DNA of 64,000 nucleotides from Candidatus Saccharimonadia bacterium (GCA_039738615.1 JBCLLP010000001.1:3573-67572), one strand, 5' to 3'; positions 47,684 to 56,851 are shown, counted from the stretch's first letter. Notes: generated by a model from the sequence alone, not told the origin. Numbers and translations: made by a program.

Positions 47684-50086
47684 CTATCCTACATCTTTAA
47701 GGTCATCAATATCAAGGGTTAAGTTGCTACCAGGCTTTAATTCACCGGTCAAAAGCTTCTGGGCGATTAGGTTTTCTACAAGTCTAGAGATAACACGGCG
47801 CATAGGTCGAGCGCCAAGCCGAGGGTCATAGCCAAGCTCTACCAGGTGGACTAGTGCTGGCTGGGTCAAGACTATAGATACTTTTTTGCCAGCCAGCTCC
47901 TTATTGACACCAGCTATAATTAAATTAGCAATCTCCAATAGCTCATCTCTAGTTAATGGCCTAAATAGCACAATCTCATCAAATCTATTGATAAGCTCAG
48001 GTCTGAAGATATTGTCGGTAATTAGTTTATCAGTTAGCTCGGACTCAAAATCCTCGAGCTTTTTGCCTGCTGATATCTGAGTTCTAATATCGTTAGCTCC
48101 GGCGTTAGAGGTGCATATAATAATTGACTCCTTAAAACTCACCTTATGACCGTGATCATCGGTTAATATGCCTTCATCAAGCATTTGTAATAGTAAATTC
48201 AGTATGTCTGGGTGAGCTTTCTCAATTTCATCTAGTAGGATGACACTGAAAGGGTTTTGGTTGATCTTTTGTAAAAAGCTACTGCCAGTATCCTGCATAC
48301 TAGCCGAGGCCAGCAGACGCTTAATATCGCTTTTGTTTTGATATTCACTCATATCCAGCCGATTCATATTCTCTTCATTCCCAAAATACACCGACGCCAG
48401 CGACTTGGAAAGCTCAGTTTTTCCGACACCAGTGGGGCCTAAAAATAGAAAGCTCCCAATAGGTCGGTGGGTATTGCGCACCCCAGCCCTAGAACGTCTC
48501 AATGCATCAGATACAACCTTAACGGCCCGACTTTGGTTAATCATTCGCTTATGTATTAAGTCCTCAAGGTTTAGTAGCTGTGTCTTCTCATCCTCCGATA
48601 CTTTACTGACCTTTGTGTTGGTTAGTATCTCAGTTGCTTTGGCAACTGATTCTTCGGTGATAAACCCATCTACAGGGTAATTCATACTATCGGAAAGCAA
48701 GTCTATGGCTCTGGCTGGCATAGCCTTATTGCGCAGATAGCGCTCCGACATTTCATAGGCAGTTTGAAGGGCTTTGAATGTAACCATCCCCTTGCTTCTA
48801 GACTCTAGCGCTATCGATATGTCTTGAAGAATGCCAATTGTCTGTTCCTTATCAGCTGGCTCAACATCTACTCTGGCAAACATACTAGCCAGGCTGGGGT
48901 TAGCCGAGCTAACTCTGCTCCAATCATCAAGATTAAAGCTAGTTATAATACTGACACTCCCTGACTGCAGGGCTGGCAATATTATACCTGATATATCTAC
49001 TGTACCTGACCCACTACCAAAGAATAGCTGGGCTTCATCAAGATAAAGAATAATATTACCTGCCCTATTGGCGTTATTAATTATTTGCCCAAAAATCAGC
49101 TCCAGGCTAACATTTCCATTAACCGCGGCCGTGACGGCACCAGAATCTATTTGTACTATTTGCTTATAGGCCAGTGCGGGTGAGACCTCCTTACCCTCAA
49201 TCAATTTCTCTGCCAGGGCATAGACAATGGCCGTCTTACCAACCCCAACTTCTCCTACCATCGCTAGGTTATTTCTATCTGATTTGCCCAGATTTGTAAG
49301 CATCTGCTCTATTACATGACCTCTATGCACCCCCGAGAAATCTAGCTGACCATCCATAATTGCTACGCTGATATTTGAGCCAAACTGGTCAAGTACCTGG
49401 GTGAAGCCAGAGGCCCAGTCACGGCCAATTCCCCCATAGCTATCATAGCCCCTGGGCTTAAGACTACGAGCCCAAAACGACTCTTCCCACATCAAGCCAC
49501 CAACAATATCTTGCATTTCCATACTATTCTCCCCTAGCCACTGATCCATCACAGCATTCTCCATAAACATCGCTGTTATCAGCACCCCAGCTGATATTTC
49601 CCTCACGGGAGCCTGGCCAGCTATCATAAATGCTCTATTCCATAATGAAGCCGAATCCTTAAGATCATCAGACAGGCTACCAGCCAGCTGCCTAATATCC
49701 ACTTGATAGCGAGCAATTATAAACCCAGACTGCCAATTACTGGCAATTGCCGACAAAATCTGGCGGGGGCTTTGTTTGTCATTTACTAAGAATACGATGT
49801 CGTCTGTGACTACATCATCTAGGATAATTACGGCAGCATCTTGGTTATAAATGGCACCAATATCACCCAAATCCCACCTAGCCCAGAGAGCAAACATAAC
49901 ACCTAATAAGCCAATACCCCATAGTATATTTGCTGGATGAATTTTCACTACGAACACCAGTACTAGTCCAGCAATAATTAGCACCCAAGACAGTACCAGT
50001 ATGTTACGGGTCAGGCCAGTACTAAAATGACTGATAAACTGAGCCTTTTTAACTCTTAAGGAGTTCTTATAGGCAACGGGCTTCAT
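47684..50086 (-). CDS. ClpC/ClpB-like double-AAA+ chaperone ATPase with an N-terminal two-TM membrane anchor
   Basis: D1 has Walker A GEVGVGKT and Walker B YLDEAQ. D2 has Walker A GPTGVGKT and Walker B LLDEIEKAH. Two hydrophobic helices sit in the first ~75 residues instead of a Clp N domain. The likely start is MKPVAY at 50086, immediately after the upstream ORF's stop; the ORF track extends to 50137. Confidence 0.75.
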   Translation of the reverse strand: MKPVAYKNSLRVKKAQFISHFSTGLTRNILVLSWVLIIAGLVLVFVVKIHPANILWGIGLLGVMFALWARWDLGDIGAIYNQDAAVIILDDVVTDDIVFLVNDKQSPRQILSAIASNWQSGFIIARYQVDIRQLAGSLSDDLKDSASLWNRAFMIAGQAPVREISAGVLITAMFMENAVMDQWLGENSMEMQDIVGGLMWEESFWARSLKPRGYDSYGGIGRDWASGFTQVLDQFGSNISVAIMDGQLDFSGVHRGHVIEQMLTNLGKSDRNNLAMVGEVGVGKTAIVYALAEKLIEGKEVSPALAYKQIVQIDSGAVTAAVNGNVSLELIFGQIINNANRAGNIILYLDEAQLFFGSGSGTVDISGIILPALQSGSVSIITSFNLDDWSRVSSANPSLASMFARVDVEPADKEQTIGILQDISIALESRSKGMVTFKALQTAYEMSERYLRNKAMPARAIDLLSDSMNYPVDGFITEESVAKATEILTNTKVSKVSEDEKTQLLNLEDLIHKRMINQSRAVKVVSDALRRSRAGVRNTHRPIGSFLFLGPTGVGKTELSKSLASVYFGNEENMNRLDMSEYQNKSDIKRLLASASMQDTGSSFLQKINQNPFSVILLDEIEKAHPDILNLLLQMLDEGILTDDHGHKVSFKESIIICTSNAGANDIRTQISAGKKLEDFESELTDKLITDNIFRPELINRFDEIVLFRPLTRDELLEIANLIIAGVNKELAGKKVSIVLTQPALVHLVELGYDPRLGARPMRRVISRLVENLIAQKLLTGELKPGSNLTLDIDDLKDVG

Positions 50087-50442
50087 AATGCAACCCCCAC
50101 TACAGACAGCGCCAAAAGCAGTGGTGCTAACGGCCAAGCAACCATAAATATCGCACTTAAACCAATAAACAGCATAATTATCACAACCGCTGCAAAAACT
50201 ACAGTTACTCTGACTGTAAAGCCAACCATCCTAGAAACTGCATTATCAATGATTGCGCGGCCTCTTTCTTGGGCGGAGTTGCCTGAGTCTGTGATAATTT
50301 TACGCCATGGCTCAAAAAGCGTCTTTAGCAAACTAACTACAGAAAACCTTTGCCAAATAAAATTAATAAAACCAATAGATCGTCTAAATAATTCTTTTAG
50401 ACCATGTCCATACCACCAGGAAAAGAACTCGGCTAATAACAT
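50083..50442 (-). CDS. Small membrane protein (hypothetical), translationally coupled to the ClpC-like gene
   Basis: Two or three predicted TM helices. Its stop directly abuts the likely ClpC-like start. Confidence 0.4.
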   Translation of the reverse strand: MLLAEFFSWWYGHGLKELFRRSIGFINFIWQRFSVVSLLKTLFEPWRKIITDSGNSAQERGRAIIDNAVSRMVGFTVRVTVVFAAVVIIMLFIGLSAIFMVAWPLAPLLLALSVVGVAL

Positions 50443-50501
50443 AAGCGTATTATACCAAGACTTGAGCTAGTACGCTATATCGGCTATTATAAGGGCATTG
50501 T

Positions 50502-50577
50502 CGGGGTGTGGCGCAGTTGGTAGCGCGTACGGCTGGGGGTCGTAAGGTCGCAGGTTCGAGCCCTGTCACCCCGACCA
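50502..50577 (+). tRNA. tRNA-Pro (anticodon GGG), CCA encoded
   Basis: Cloverleaf: acceptor CGGGGTG/CACCCCG, D-arm GCGC-AGTTGGTA-GCGC, anticodon stem TACGG/TCGTA with loop CTGGGGG, T-arm GCAGG-TTCGAGC-CCTGT, discriminator A, then CCA. Confidence 0.85.
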
Positions 50578-50851
50578 AGCAAAGGGTCCACCGCAAGGTA
50601 GGCTTTTTGCTTGCCTTAAGGGGTGACAAGGGCCAGAAACCCAAAAGTTCGGTGTAATAGAGGGCTAAAAATAGCCTTGAATTAAAAAATAAAATAAAAA
50701 GAATTATCATTATCTAAATTAGATTTTATAGGCTCTAACAGGTATAAAAACGCAATAAATAAAAATTTTGAACATAAGTCTTTACATAATAGTTATGCTA
50801 TGACACAATGTTTATGTATTTTAGTAATTTATGTGCGCCAAACTCTAAACT

Positions 50852-51394
50852 ATGAGTGCAAACTCCAATAAGACGGCCGAAATACTTCGGCTCATTCAAA
50901 CCAAAAAAGTCGCCCCTCTGGGCGACTTGAGTACTAATAAGGGCCTTAGAGGTTTATTCTCTACTACCAAGAGCTCTACACCTAGAAGGCGTATTATAGA
51001 TACTCTTGCTCTGCTAGCTAGGCAGGGCTATGTTAGCGTTGGATTACTTGACAATGAAAAGATATTTAAGATTACCGAGAAAGGCAAGGATCGGCTTAGG
51101 GCACACCAAGTAAGCGAAGATGGCCTTGGTATATCAGAGCGCTGGGACGGCCGCTGGTTCCTTATAACCTTTGATATACCAGAAACCAAAAAAGTCGCCC
51201 GCAATCAGCTCATCCTGACCTTAAAACGACATGGCTTTATAAATTACACTAAGGGTTTATGGCTAATACCCTACAACCCCACTAGGCTTGTAGCTAGCTT
51301 GCGTAAGCAGCTTGGCCTAAAGTCCGAGCTAAAGCTAATTGTTGCCCAGTCAATTGATAGTGATAGCAAATACCGCAAATACTGGGATTTATAA
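50852..51394 (+). CDS. Winged-helix transcriptional regulator, PaaX-like (tentative)
   Basis: An N-terminal HTH-like region is followed by RWDGRWFLITFDIPE and GLWLIPYNP blocks resembling the PaaX family. Confidence 0.35.
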   Translation: MSANSNKTAEILRLIQTKKVAPLGDLSTNKGLRGLFSTTKSSTPRRRIIDTLALLARQGYVSVGLLDNEKIFKITEKGKDRLRAHQVSEDGLGISERWDGRWFLITFDIPETKKVARNQLILTLKRHGFINYTKGLWLIPYNPTRLVASLRKQLGLKSELKLIVAQSIDSDSKYRKYWDL

Positions 51395-51427
51395 AAAATA
51401 ACCCCCATATGCCAGGGGTTATTTTAA
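51393..51427. terminator. Bidirectional rho-independent terminator
   Basis: AAAAAATAACCCCC ... GGGGTTATTTTAAT forms a perfect stem with flanking A and T runs, between convergent genes. Confidence 0.7.
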
Positions 51428-51620
51428 TAATTTAAGCTATTCCACCACACCGCTTACGCTACTAACCTTTCCCGCCAAATGACAGGTGGGTGTCCTCAGC
51501 ATCTACTGGCCGTAAAAGCCAGCGAGCAATCTTAAACTCCCTAAAGTTAAAAAGTAACCGGAAAAAGTTACTGCGTATTTATTGCGAGTGCAGTAGATAA
51601 GCACTTTTAATTATAGCACC

Positions 51621-52253
51621 TTATCGTAGAACCGCATGCCCTACTATTAAGCTCGCCATACCGCCAACCAGATAGCTAAAGCTAGGCCCAATAAAACTAA
51701 AGAATATAAAAACAAATACGAATACTGCCACTAAGCCGTACTGCTCTATCCTATCCATAATGTCAGCCAGCGCTGGAGGTGCAATGGCATATAATAACCT
51801 ACTCCCATCAAGGGGAGGGAAAGGAATCATATTAAACACAAAGAATGCTACATTAACTAGCACGAATTGGGTTAGGAACACCTCGCCCAGACCCCCGATG
51901 TTCATAAACCTTAAATACAAGCCTACAATTATTGCCATCAACAGATTGCTAGCAGGCCCTGCAAAGGCCACTAGCGCAACTCCTGCTTTGCCGTGCTTTA
52001 GGGCGTAAGGATTAAATGGCACGGGCTTAGCAGCTCCAAACACCACTGGGCTCCCAAGCAAGATAAGCCCCAGGGGCAGTAGTAGGGTCATTAAGGGGTC
52101 AATATGCTTGGCTGGATTAAGCGTTAAGCGGCCCTCGCGCTTGGCTGTGATATCCCCTAGCATATGCCCTGCCCAAGCATGGCAAAACTCATGCACGGTC
52201 AGCACTATAACCAAGATTATAAGATAAAACACTAATGTAGCTATTGTTTCCAT
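51621..52253 (-). CDS. Site-2 protease family (peptidase M50) membrane metalloprotease, small form
   Basis: The HEFCH motif (HExxH) lies in the first TM segment, and FNMIPFPPLDGSRL matches the second M50 signature (LDG). Confidence 0.7.
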   Translation of the reverse strand: METIATLVFYLIILVIVLTVHEFCHAWAGHMLGDITAKREGRLTLNPAKHIDPLMTLLLPLGLILLGSPVVFGAAKPVPFNPYALKHGKAGVALVAFAGPASNLLMAIIVGLYLRFMNIGGLGEVFLTQFVLVNVAFFVFNMIPFPPLDGSRLLYAIAPPALADIMDRIEQYGLVAVFVFVFIFFSFIGPSFSYLVGGMASLIVGHAVLR

Positions 52254-52343
52254 CTAATCTTAATTTTACCACCAAATAGACCATAATACTGCTTATTTGC
52301 TAGTATTGCCCAATATCAGCAAATATGATAAAATACTCCAGTT

Positions 52344-52568
52344 ATGTCTTATAGATGCGATCTATCAGGTAAAGGAAAACAATTCGGCAACCATGTGAGC
52401 CACTCACAGAGGCACGTTAAACGTACCTGGAAACCAAACCTACAGCCCAAGACTCTCATCATTGACGGCCGTAAGGTTAAGCTCCGGCTAGCTGTCAGCA
52501 CTATCCGAACTCTTAATAAGTATCAGGCCCAAATAGACCAAAAAGAACTCGAAAACGCCAGTAAATAA
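52344..52568 (+). CDS. rpmB: 50S ribosomal protein L28
   Basis: MSYRCDLSGKGKQFGNHVSHSQRHVKRTWKPNL is a typical L28 N-terminus. Confidence 0.85.
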   Translation: MSYRCDLSGKGKQFGNHVSHSQRHVKRTWKPNLQPKTLIIDGRKVKLRLAVSTIRTLNKYQAQIDQKELENASK

Positions 52569-52588
52569 CCCCCCAACTCCACTCCCTA

Positions 52589-52645
52589 CTAGTTAACGGG
52601 GCTTGTTGGGTTAGTAATTACACTGACTTACTTTAGGATTACTAG
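52589..52645. repeat. Degenerate copy (about 88% identity) of the 57-bp segment at 55159-55215; flanks the LRR gene
   Basis: Direct alignment of the two stretches: ctagttaacgggg(c/g)tt(g/t)ttgggttagtaattacactgacttactt(t/g)ag(g/a)attactag. The copy preserves a pseudo C-terminus (LVILK-stop on the minus strand) and part of the terminator hairpin. Confidence 0.8.
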
Positions 52646-52663
52646 ATGCCAAAGAGTGGGCTC

Positions 52664-55057
52664 CTAGGTTATTTTGCTAGCTAGTAGCGGGTATAGCATG
52701 CGGAGTTTATTTTTATCGGCGCTGGTAAGGCTCCCGAGGTCGAGGCTGTCACCGATGAAGTTAGGTAGGGCTAGACCCTCGGCGCTGGTGAGGCCCCCGA
52801 GGTCGAGGTCGCCACCGATGGAGTTAGGTAGGGTTAGGCCCTCGGCGCTGGTGAGGCCCCTGAGGTAGAGGTCGCCACCGATGGAGTTAGGTAGGGTTAG
52901 GCCCTCGGCGCTGGTGAGACTGCTGAGATAGAGGTCGCCACCGATGGAGTTAGGTAGGGTTAGGCCCTCGGCGCTGGTGAGGCTCCTGAGGAAGAGGTCG
53001 CCACCGATGATGTTAGGTAGGGTTAGGCCCTCGGCGCTGGTGAGGCTATTGAGGAAGAGGTCGCCAACAATGGAGTTAGGTAGGGTTAGGCCCTCAGCGC
53101 TAGTGAGGCTCCCGAGGTAGAGGCCGCCACCGATGGAGTTAGGTAGGGTTAGACCCTCGACGCTGGTGAGGCCCCCGAGGTAGAGGCCGCCACCGATGGA
53201 GTTAGGTAGGGTTAGACCCTCGACGCTGGTGAGGCTGTTGAGGTAGAGGTCGCCAACAATGGAGTTAGGTAGGGTTAGGCCCTCGGCGCTGGTGAGGCTC
53301 CTGAGGTAGAGGCCGCCACCGATGGAGTTAGGTAGGGTTAGGCCCTCGGCGCTGGTGAGGCTGTCAAGGTCGAGGCTACCACCGATGAAGTTAGGTAGGG
53401 TTAGGCCCTCGGCGCTGGTGAGGCTGTTAAGGTCGAGGCTGTCACCGGTGGAGTTAGGTAGGGTTAGACCCTCGGCGCTGGTGAGGCTGTCAAGGTTGAG
53501 GCCGCCACCGATGGAGTTAGGTAGGGTTAGGCCCTTGGCGCTGGTGAGGGTGTTGAGGTCGAGGTTGCCATGATGGTAGAGTATGCCACCACTTAAGGCC
53601 CCTTCTGTGGTGATGCTTATTTTAGCTTCATCTATATCCAGTATGAGAGACAAATCAGCCTTATCATTTCTATAATCAAGTATCTGCTCTATTCTGAGGT
53701 CTCGCCCATAGCCAAGGCTAAGAATTTTATCATCTATTTCATAAATAAATCTTAGCTCTTCAGGGCTTAGTTTGTAATCGAGGTTACTATAGCTTAAAAA
53801 TTCAGCGGTCATATCATCATACTGGGCACCAAGCTTTACTTCTATCTCAGAAACTAGCTTCATATCCTTAATCGCTTGTTTGTATTCTTCAGCATTAGGA
53901 AATTCTTCACTATCTTCGAGCTTGGTACTCAATACTGGGTCAATATAAGAGTCTAGGTGCTGGCCGTGTTCAATTCCTCTAATCTCAGCTATTTCCCCTT
54001 GCTCCATGCGTATGGCTATCCGTGGTATGTTTGCCTCGCCTGTTTCATCTAGTGAATAATAGACATAAAAATCCCCGCCATCTAGCTGACCTTGGGCTGT
54101 ACTGATAGCACCCGCCGTACACCATTCCAAGACATGGTTATGTAGGCTATCATATAGTGTCTGGGCATCACTACCCTGCTTATAGCAAACCCACTCACCT
54201 CTCGTTTCTTTGAGTCTTTCACGGGACATTGAAGGAGTTTCGGATAGAAATTGGGCATATATTGTAGCAAAGTTTTTATTGCTTAAAAGTGCATTGTATT
54301 TTTCGTCAGTAAGTATAGTCGAGGTATTTGATATTGTTCTGCCACCCTTTGGCAGCCCCTCTTGCTCTAGCCTATGGCTCATAGCAGCGATTGTCTGGGC
54401 AAGTGCCATAGGATTAAGTATCGGGTATGATGCTATGGTAGTTACGTCGCGGGTTGCGAATTTAACTATCGGGGGGCTACCTTCTTTTTCTTCTTTTTTG
54501 ATTTTACCCATTGTAGTAATAGCCATAAAAGCCCAATACCGCGCCCACATAGGGTACCCTGCCGCATCAGCATCCCCGCTAGTTAAATAATCTACCCATC
54601 TATCTAGGCTGGCTTCTTGGGCAGCTATTATCTCATTGATTTTTGCTTGCTTAAACTCTTCATCAGGTGTGATATTACCATGCCCCATCTCCCTGGCTTG
54701 TCGGACTTCAGCTACAAAGGCATAATCTGGCACTTCATCGGGCTTGATAACAAACAGTTTGTGGTAGCTTGCTTTAATGCGTTCTAGCACCCTGGAATGA
54801 GCCTCCTGGAGTTCGGGACTGGCTCCCCTGGCCTGGTGAGTGCGTTGTAATACTTCAAGCCAATTAGATATTCGTAGGGCTGGATTTGTATTTGTCTCTA
54901 AGCCCTCTGCTTTTTCTCTTCTAGCCTGCTCGTACTCTACTGGGTCCGATAACTGAAGTGCAGAGTTATTAGCATGTAATAATCTAGCGCCAGCCAGCTC
55001 CTCCTTGCTAGGGCTAGGGGTGTCTTGTGGGGTTTGATCTGGAAACTGCTCTGGCAT
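52664..55057 (-). CDS. Leucine-rich-repeat protein (BspA-like 21-residue LRRs, 13 copies) with a ~500-aa N-terminal domain of unknown function
   Basis: The C-terminal 13 tandem repeats follow the consensus LTSAEGLTLPNSIGGDLYLxS. There is no obvious signal peptide. The N-terminal domain has no motif I recognise. Confidence 0.65.
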   Translation of the reverse strand: MPEQFPDQTPQDTPSPSKEELAGARLLHANNSALQLSDPVEYEQARREKAEGLETNTNPALRISNWLEVLQRTHQARGASPELQEAHSRVLERIKASYHKLFVIKPDEVPDYAFVAEVRQAREMGHGNITPDEEFKQAKINEIIAAQEASLDRWVDYLTSGDADAAGYPMWARYWAFMAITTMGKIKKEEKEGSPPIVKFATRDVTTIASYPILNPMALAQTIAAMSHRLEQEGLPKGGRTISNTSTILTDEKYNALLSNKNFATIYAQFLSETPSMSRERLKETRGEWVCYKQGSDAQTLYDSLHNHVLEWCTAGAISTAQGQLDGGDFYVYYSLDETGEANIPRIAIRMEQGEIAEIRGIEHGQHLDSYIDPVLSTKLEDSEEFPNAEEYKQAIKDMKLVSEIEVKLGAQYDDMTAEFLSYSNLDYKLSPEELRFIYEIDDKILSLGYGRDLRIEQILDYRNDKADLSLILDIDEAKISITTEGALSGGILYHHGNLDLNTLTSAKGLTLPNSIGGGLNLDSLTSAEGLTLPNSTGDSLDLNSLTSAEGLTLPNFIGGSLDLDSLTSAEGLTLPNSIGGGLYLRSLTSAEGLTLPNSIVGDLYLNSLTSVEGLTLPNSIGGGLYLGGLTSVEGLTLPNSIGGGLYLGSLTSAEGLTLPNSIVGDLFLNSLTSAEGLTLPNIIGGDLFLRSLTSAEGLTLPNSIGGDLYLSSLTSAEGLTLPNSIGGDLYLRGLTSAEGLTLPNSIGGDLDLGGLTSAEGLALPNFIGDSLDLGSLTSADKNKLRMLYPLLASKIT
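52700..53540. repeat. About 13 tandem copies of a 63-bp in-frame coding repeat with very high inter-copy identity
   Basis: Periodicity is visible directly in the DNA (ggccctcggcgctggtgagg... recurring every 63 nt). It corresponds to the 21-aa LRR units. Confidence 0.85.
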
Positions 55058-55158
55058 TTGTTATAACCTTGTTTAAACTATATTACAGTCTTTAATATAG
55101 TTATTATGCTTCTATGCATCATTAGTATACTATGGCATTATGGCTAGTACAAAAACCC

Positions 55159-55215
55159 CTAGTTAACGGGGGTTTTTGGGTTAGTAATTACACTGACTTA
55201 CTTGAGAATTACTAG
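55159..55215. repeat. 57-bp segment covering the 3' end and terminator of gene 55198..55725; master copy of the repeat at 52589-52645
   Basis: It encodes ...QQLVILK-stop on the minus strand, followed by the hairpin AAAAACCCC-tagttaac-GGGGGTTTTT. Confidence 0.8.
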
Positions 55216-55725
55216 CTGTTGAGAATCTTCTGGCAAATCACGCTTACTTAATTTATAGCGCTCCGTGGGCTCAGTGTCTTTGCCAAATTCTGCCTTAATC
55301 TTATTAAGCTCACTAGCTAAACCCATAAGTGGTATCAATACTTTTGGCTCAATTTGCCCAATAAGCTTATTCATTAAATCGGACTTATCATCCTGAACTG
55401 CAAGAATAAGTATATCTACATCATCCATATGCTCTAGCTGGGCATTGGTAAGAGGTGCCGAGAGATTCACGCCATAAATAATATGAATATCATCTGCTAC
55501 CAAGCTATAAATTGTATTAGCTTCGTCTATCTCAATTCCATCTACCATAGTGCCCATTACTTCATACTCCCCTGGACCGCTAAAGGACCTCTCTGCTGCA
55601 ATCCTGGCTGCTGGGCTAGTAAATAGCAGTAAATCTGCCCTAACATCACTAGAGGGATTGAGAACAATTGTAGCGCTCTTGCCGGCAAGCTTAATGGTGT
55701 CTTTGTTGGAAAAAGTAATATCCAT
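55198..55725 (-). CDS. MBL-fold (UPF0173-like) protein with a degenerate metal-binding motif (tentative)
   Basis: The N-terminal pattern MDITFSNKDTIKLAGKSATIVLNP resembles UPF0173 hydrolases. Where HxHxDH is expected it reads ADLLLFTSPAA. Confidence 0.3.
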   Translation of the reverse strand: MDITFSNKDTIKLAGKSATIVLNPSSDVRADLLLFTSPAARIAAERSFSGPGEYEVMGTMVDGIEIDEANTIYSLVADDIHIIYGVNLSAPLTNAQLEHMDDVDILILAVQDDKSDLMNKLIGQIEPKVLIPLMGLASELNKIKAEFGKDTEPTERYKLSKRDLPEDSQQLVILK

Positions 55726-55759
55726 GGATGTAATTATACCAGATTAAACGCCATATAGA

Positions 55760-56803
55760 CTAGGAGTTTGTGGCCTCCGATATTTTTTCTTTGACATAGT
55801 CCGAACCAATACTATCAAATATCACATCTATTACGGCAGCAACGGGAATGGCTAGAATAACTCCTATCGGTCCAAGTAGACCAAATCCAATGAGCGCTGC
55901 GAGTAATATTACTACGGGGGAAACACCAATAGCTTTATTGAAGAGCTGGGGGGCTATAATATTAGCTAAAATAAGCTGGGATACAACCACAAACACGATA
56001 AATATAAGGGCGGTAACTGGTGATAGCACTAAGGCCGCCAAAAGACCAGGTATGGCTCCAACCAATGGGCCTACAAATGGTATGAACTGCAAAATACCCG
56101 CGAAAAGACTTAATGCCAGGCTGTATTGGACCCCCAAGACAGTAAGCATTCCATACGTTGCTAAAAACACAATAGTGGCCATGACAAGCTGGAATCGAAT
56201 CCAGTGCCCAAGCTTAATAGAGGTTTCTTGACCTATCATTACAACCTCTCGTTGGCGTTTTTTAGATGGTATATACCTAACCATAGCAGATAATATCTTT
56301 TGACCACTAAGTAAAAAATAAAAGGTCAGTACCAAGAAGGTTATAAACCCAAAAACACCACCAATTAGCCCAGTAGCTGCCTGGCCTATTTGACCTGTAA
56401 CAACTTCTGGGCGAGAGCTAATAGATACTAATAGTTTATCTAGGAAGTCTCGCAATAGTGGCTGGTTGGCAAGGCTCGAATTAATACTAGCACTTAACGA
56501 GGGGTAGTTAGCTACTATATCATTAACCTGTTGGGCAAAAGTTGGGGCTATCAGAAATATCAAATAGCCTAGAACTGAAAATGTCAGTACAAATATCACA
56601 GACACTGCCAGCCAGCGTGGAAACTTGATTTTTTCGAGCTTCTTTACTGACGGATTAAGGCCGGCAGAGAATATCACGCTAGCTATAACAATAATAACTA
56701 CTCCAGATGAGTACCATAACAATGCCAAGAGAGCTATTACAGCCACTAAATACACAAAAGATAGTGGCGAGATGGTGACTGTAAGCTTTTGAGAGTCTTT
56801 CAT
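55760..56803 (-). CDS. AI-2E family transporter (PerM/UPF0118-type permease)
   Basis: About 8 TM helices, with an overall hydrophobicity pattern and length typical of the AI-2E family. Confidence 0.5.
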   Translation of the reverse strand: MKDSQKLTVTISPLSFVYLVAVIALLALLWYSSGVVIIVIASVIFSAGLNPSVKKLEKIKFPRWLAVSVIFVLTFSVLGYLIFLIAPTFAQQVNDIVANYPSLSASINSSLANQPLLRDFLDKLLVSISSRPEVVTGQIGQAATGLIGGVFGFITFLVLTFYFLLSGQKILSAMVRYIPSKKRQREVVMIGQETSIKLGHWIRFQLVMATIVFLATYGMLTVLGVQYSLALSLFAGILQFIPFVGPLVGAIPGLLAALVLSPVTALIFIVFVVVSQLILANIIAPQLFNKAIGVSPVVILLAALIGFGLLGPIGVILAIPVAAVIDVIFDSIGSDYVKEKISEATNS

Positions 56804-56851
56804 AATGTTATTATCTCATAAATGACGTTAATTATTAATAGTACTTATGTT

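Noticed and set aside
50450-50710. 86-aa minus-strand ORF
   Set aside because: It overlaps tRNA-Pro (50502..50577) in antisense and has no RBS or homology signal. It is a spurious ORF.
51430-51620. Possible small SRP RNA: hairpin CUGGC-CGUAAAA-GCCAG and a GGCGGGAAAGG stretch
   Set aside because: I could not reconstruct the conserved SRP domain IV motif (GUCAGG-UCC-GNRA-GGA-AGCAGC) on either strand. It is left unassigned rather than called.
52700-53540. Regular 63-bp direct repeats that at first glance look like a CRISPR array
   Set aside because: The repeats are contiguous with no unique spacers. They lie in-frame inside a long ORF and translate to a 21-aa LRR consensus. They are a coding tandem repeat, not a CRISPR.
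53322-53573. Plus-strand ORFs (83 aa and 64 aa) with repetitive MELGRVRPSALVRL peptides
   Set aside because: These are the antisense reading of the LRR tandem repeats, and their repetitiveness is inherited from the opposite strand. They are not independent genes.
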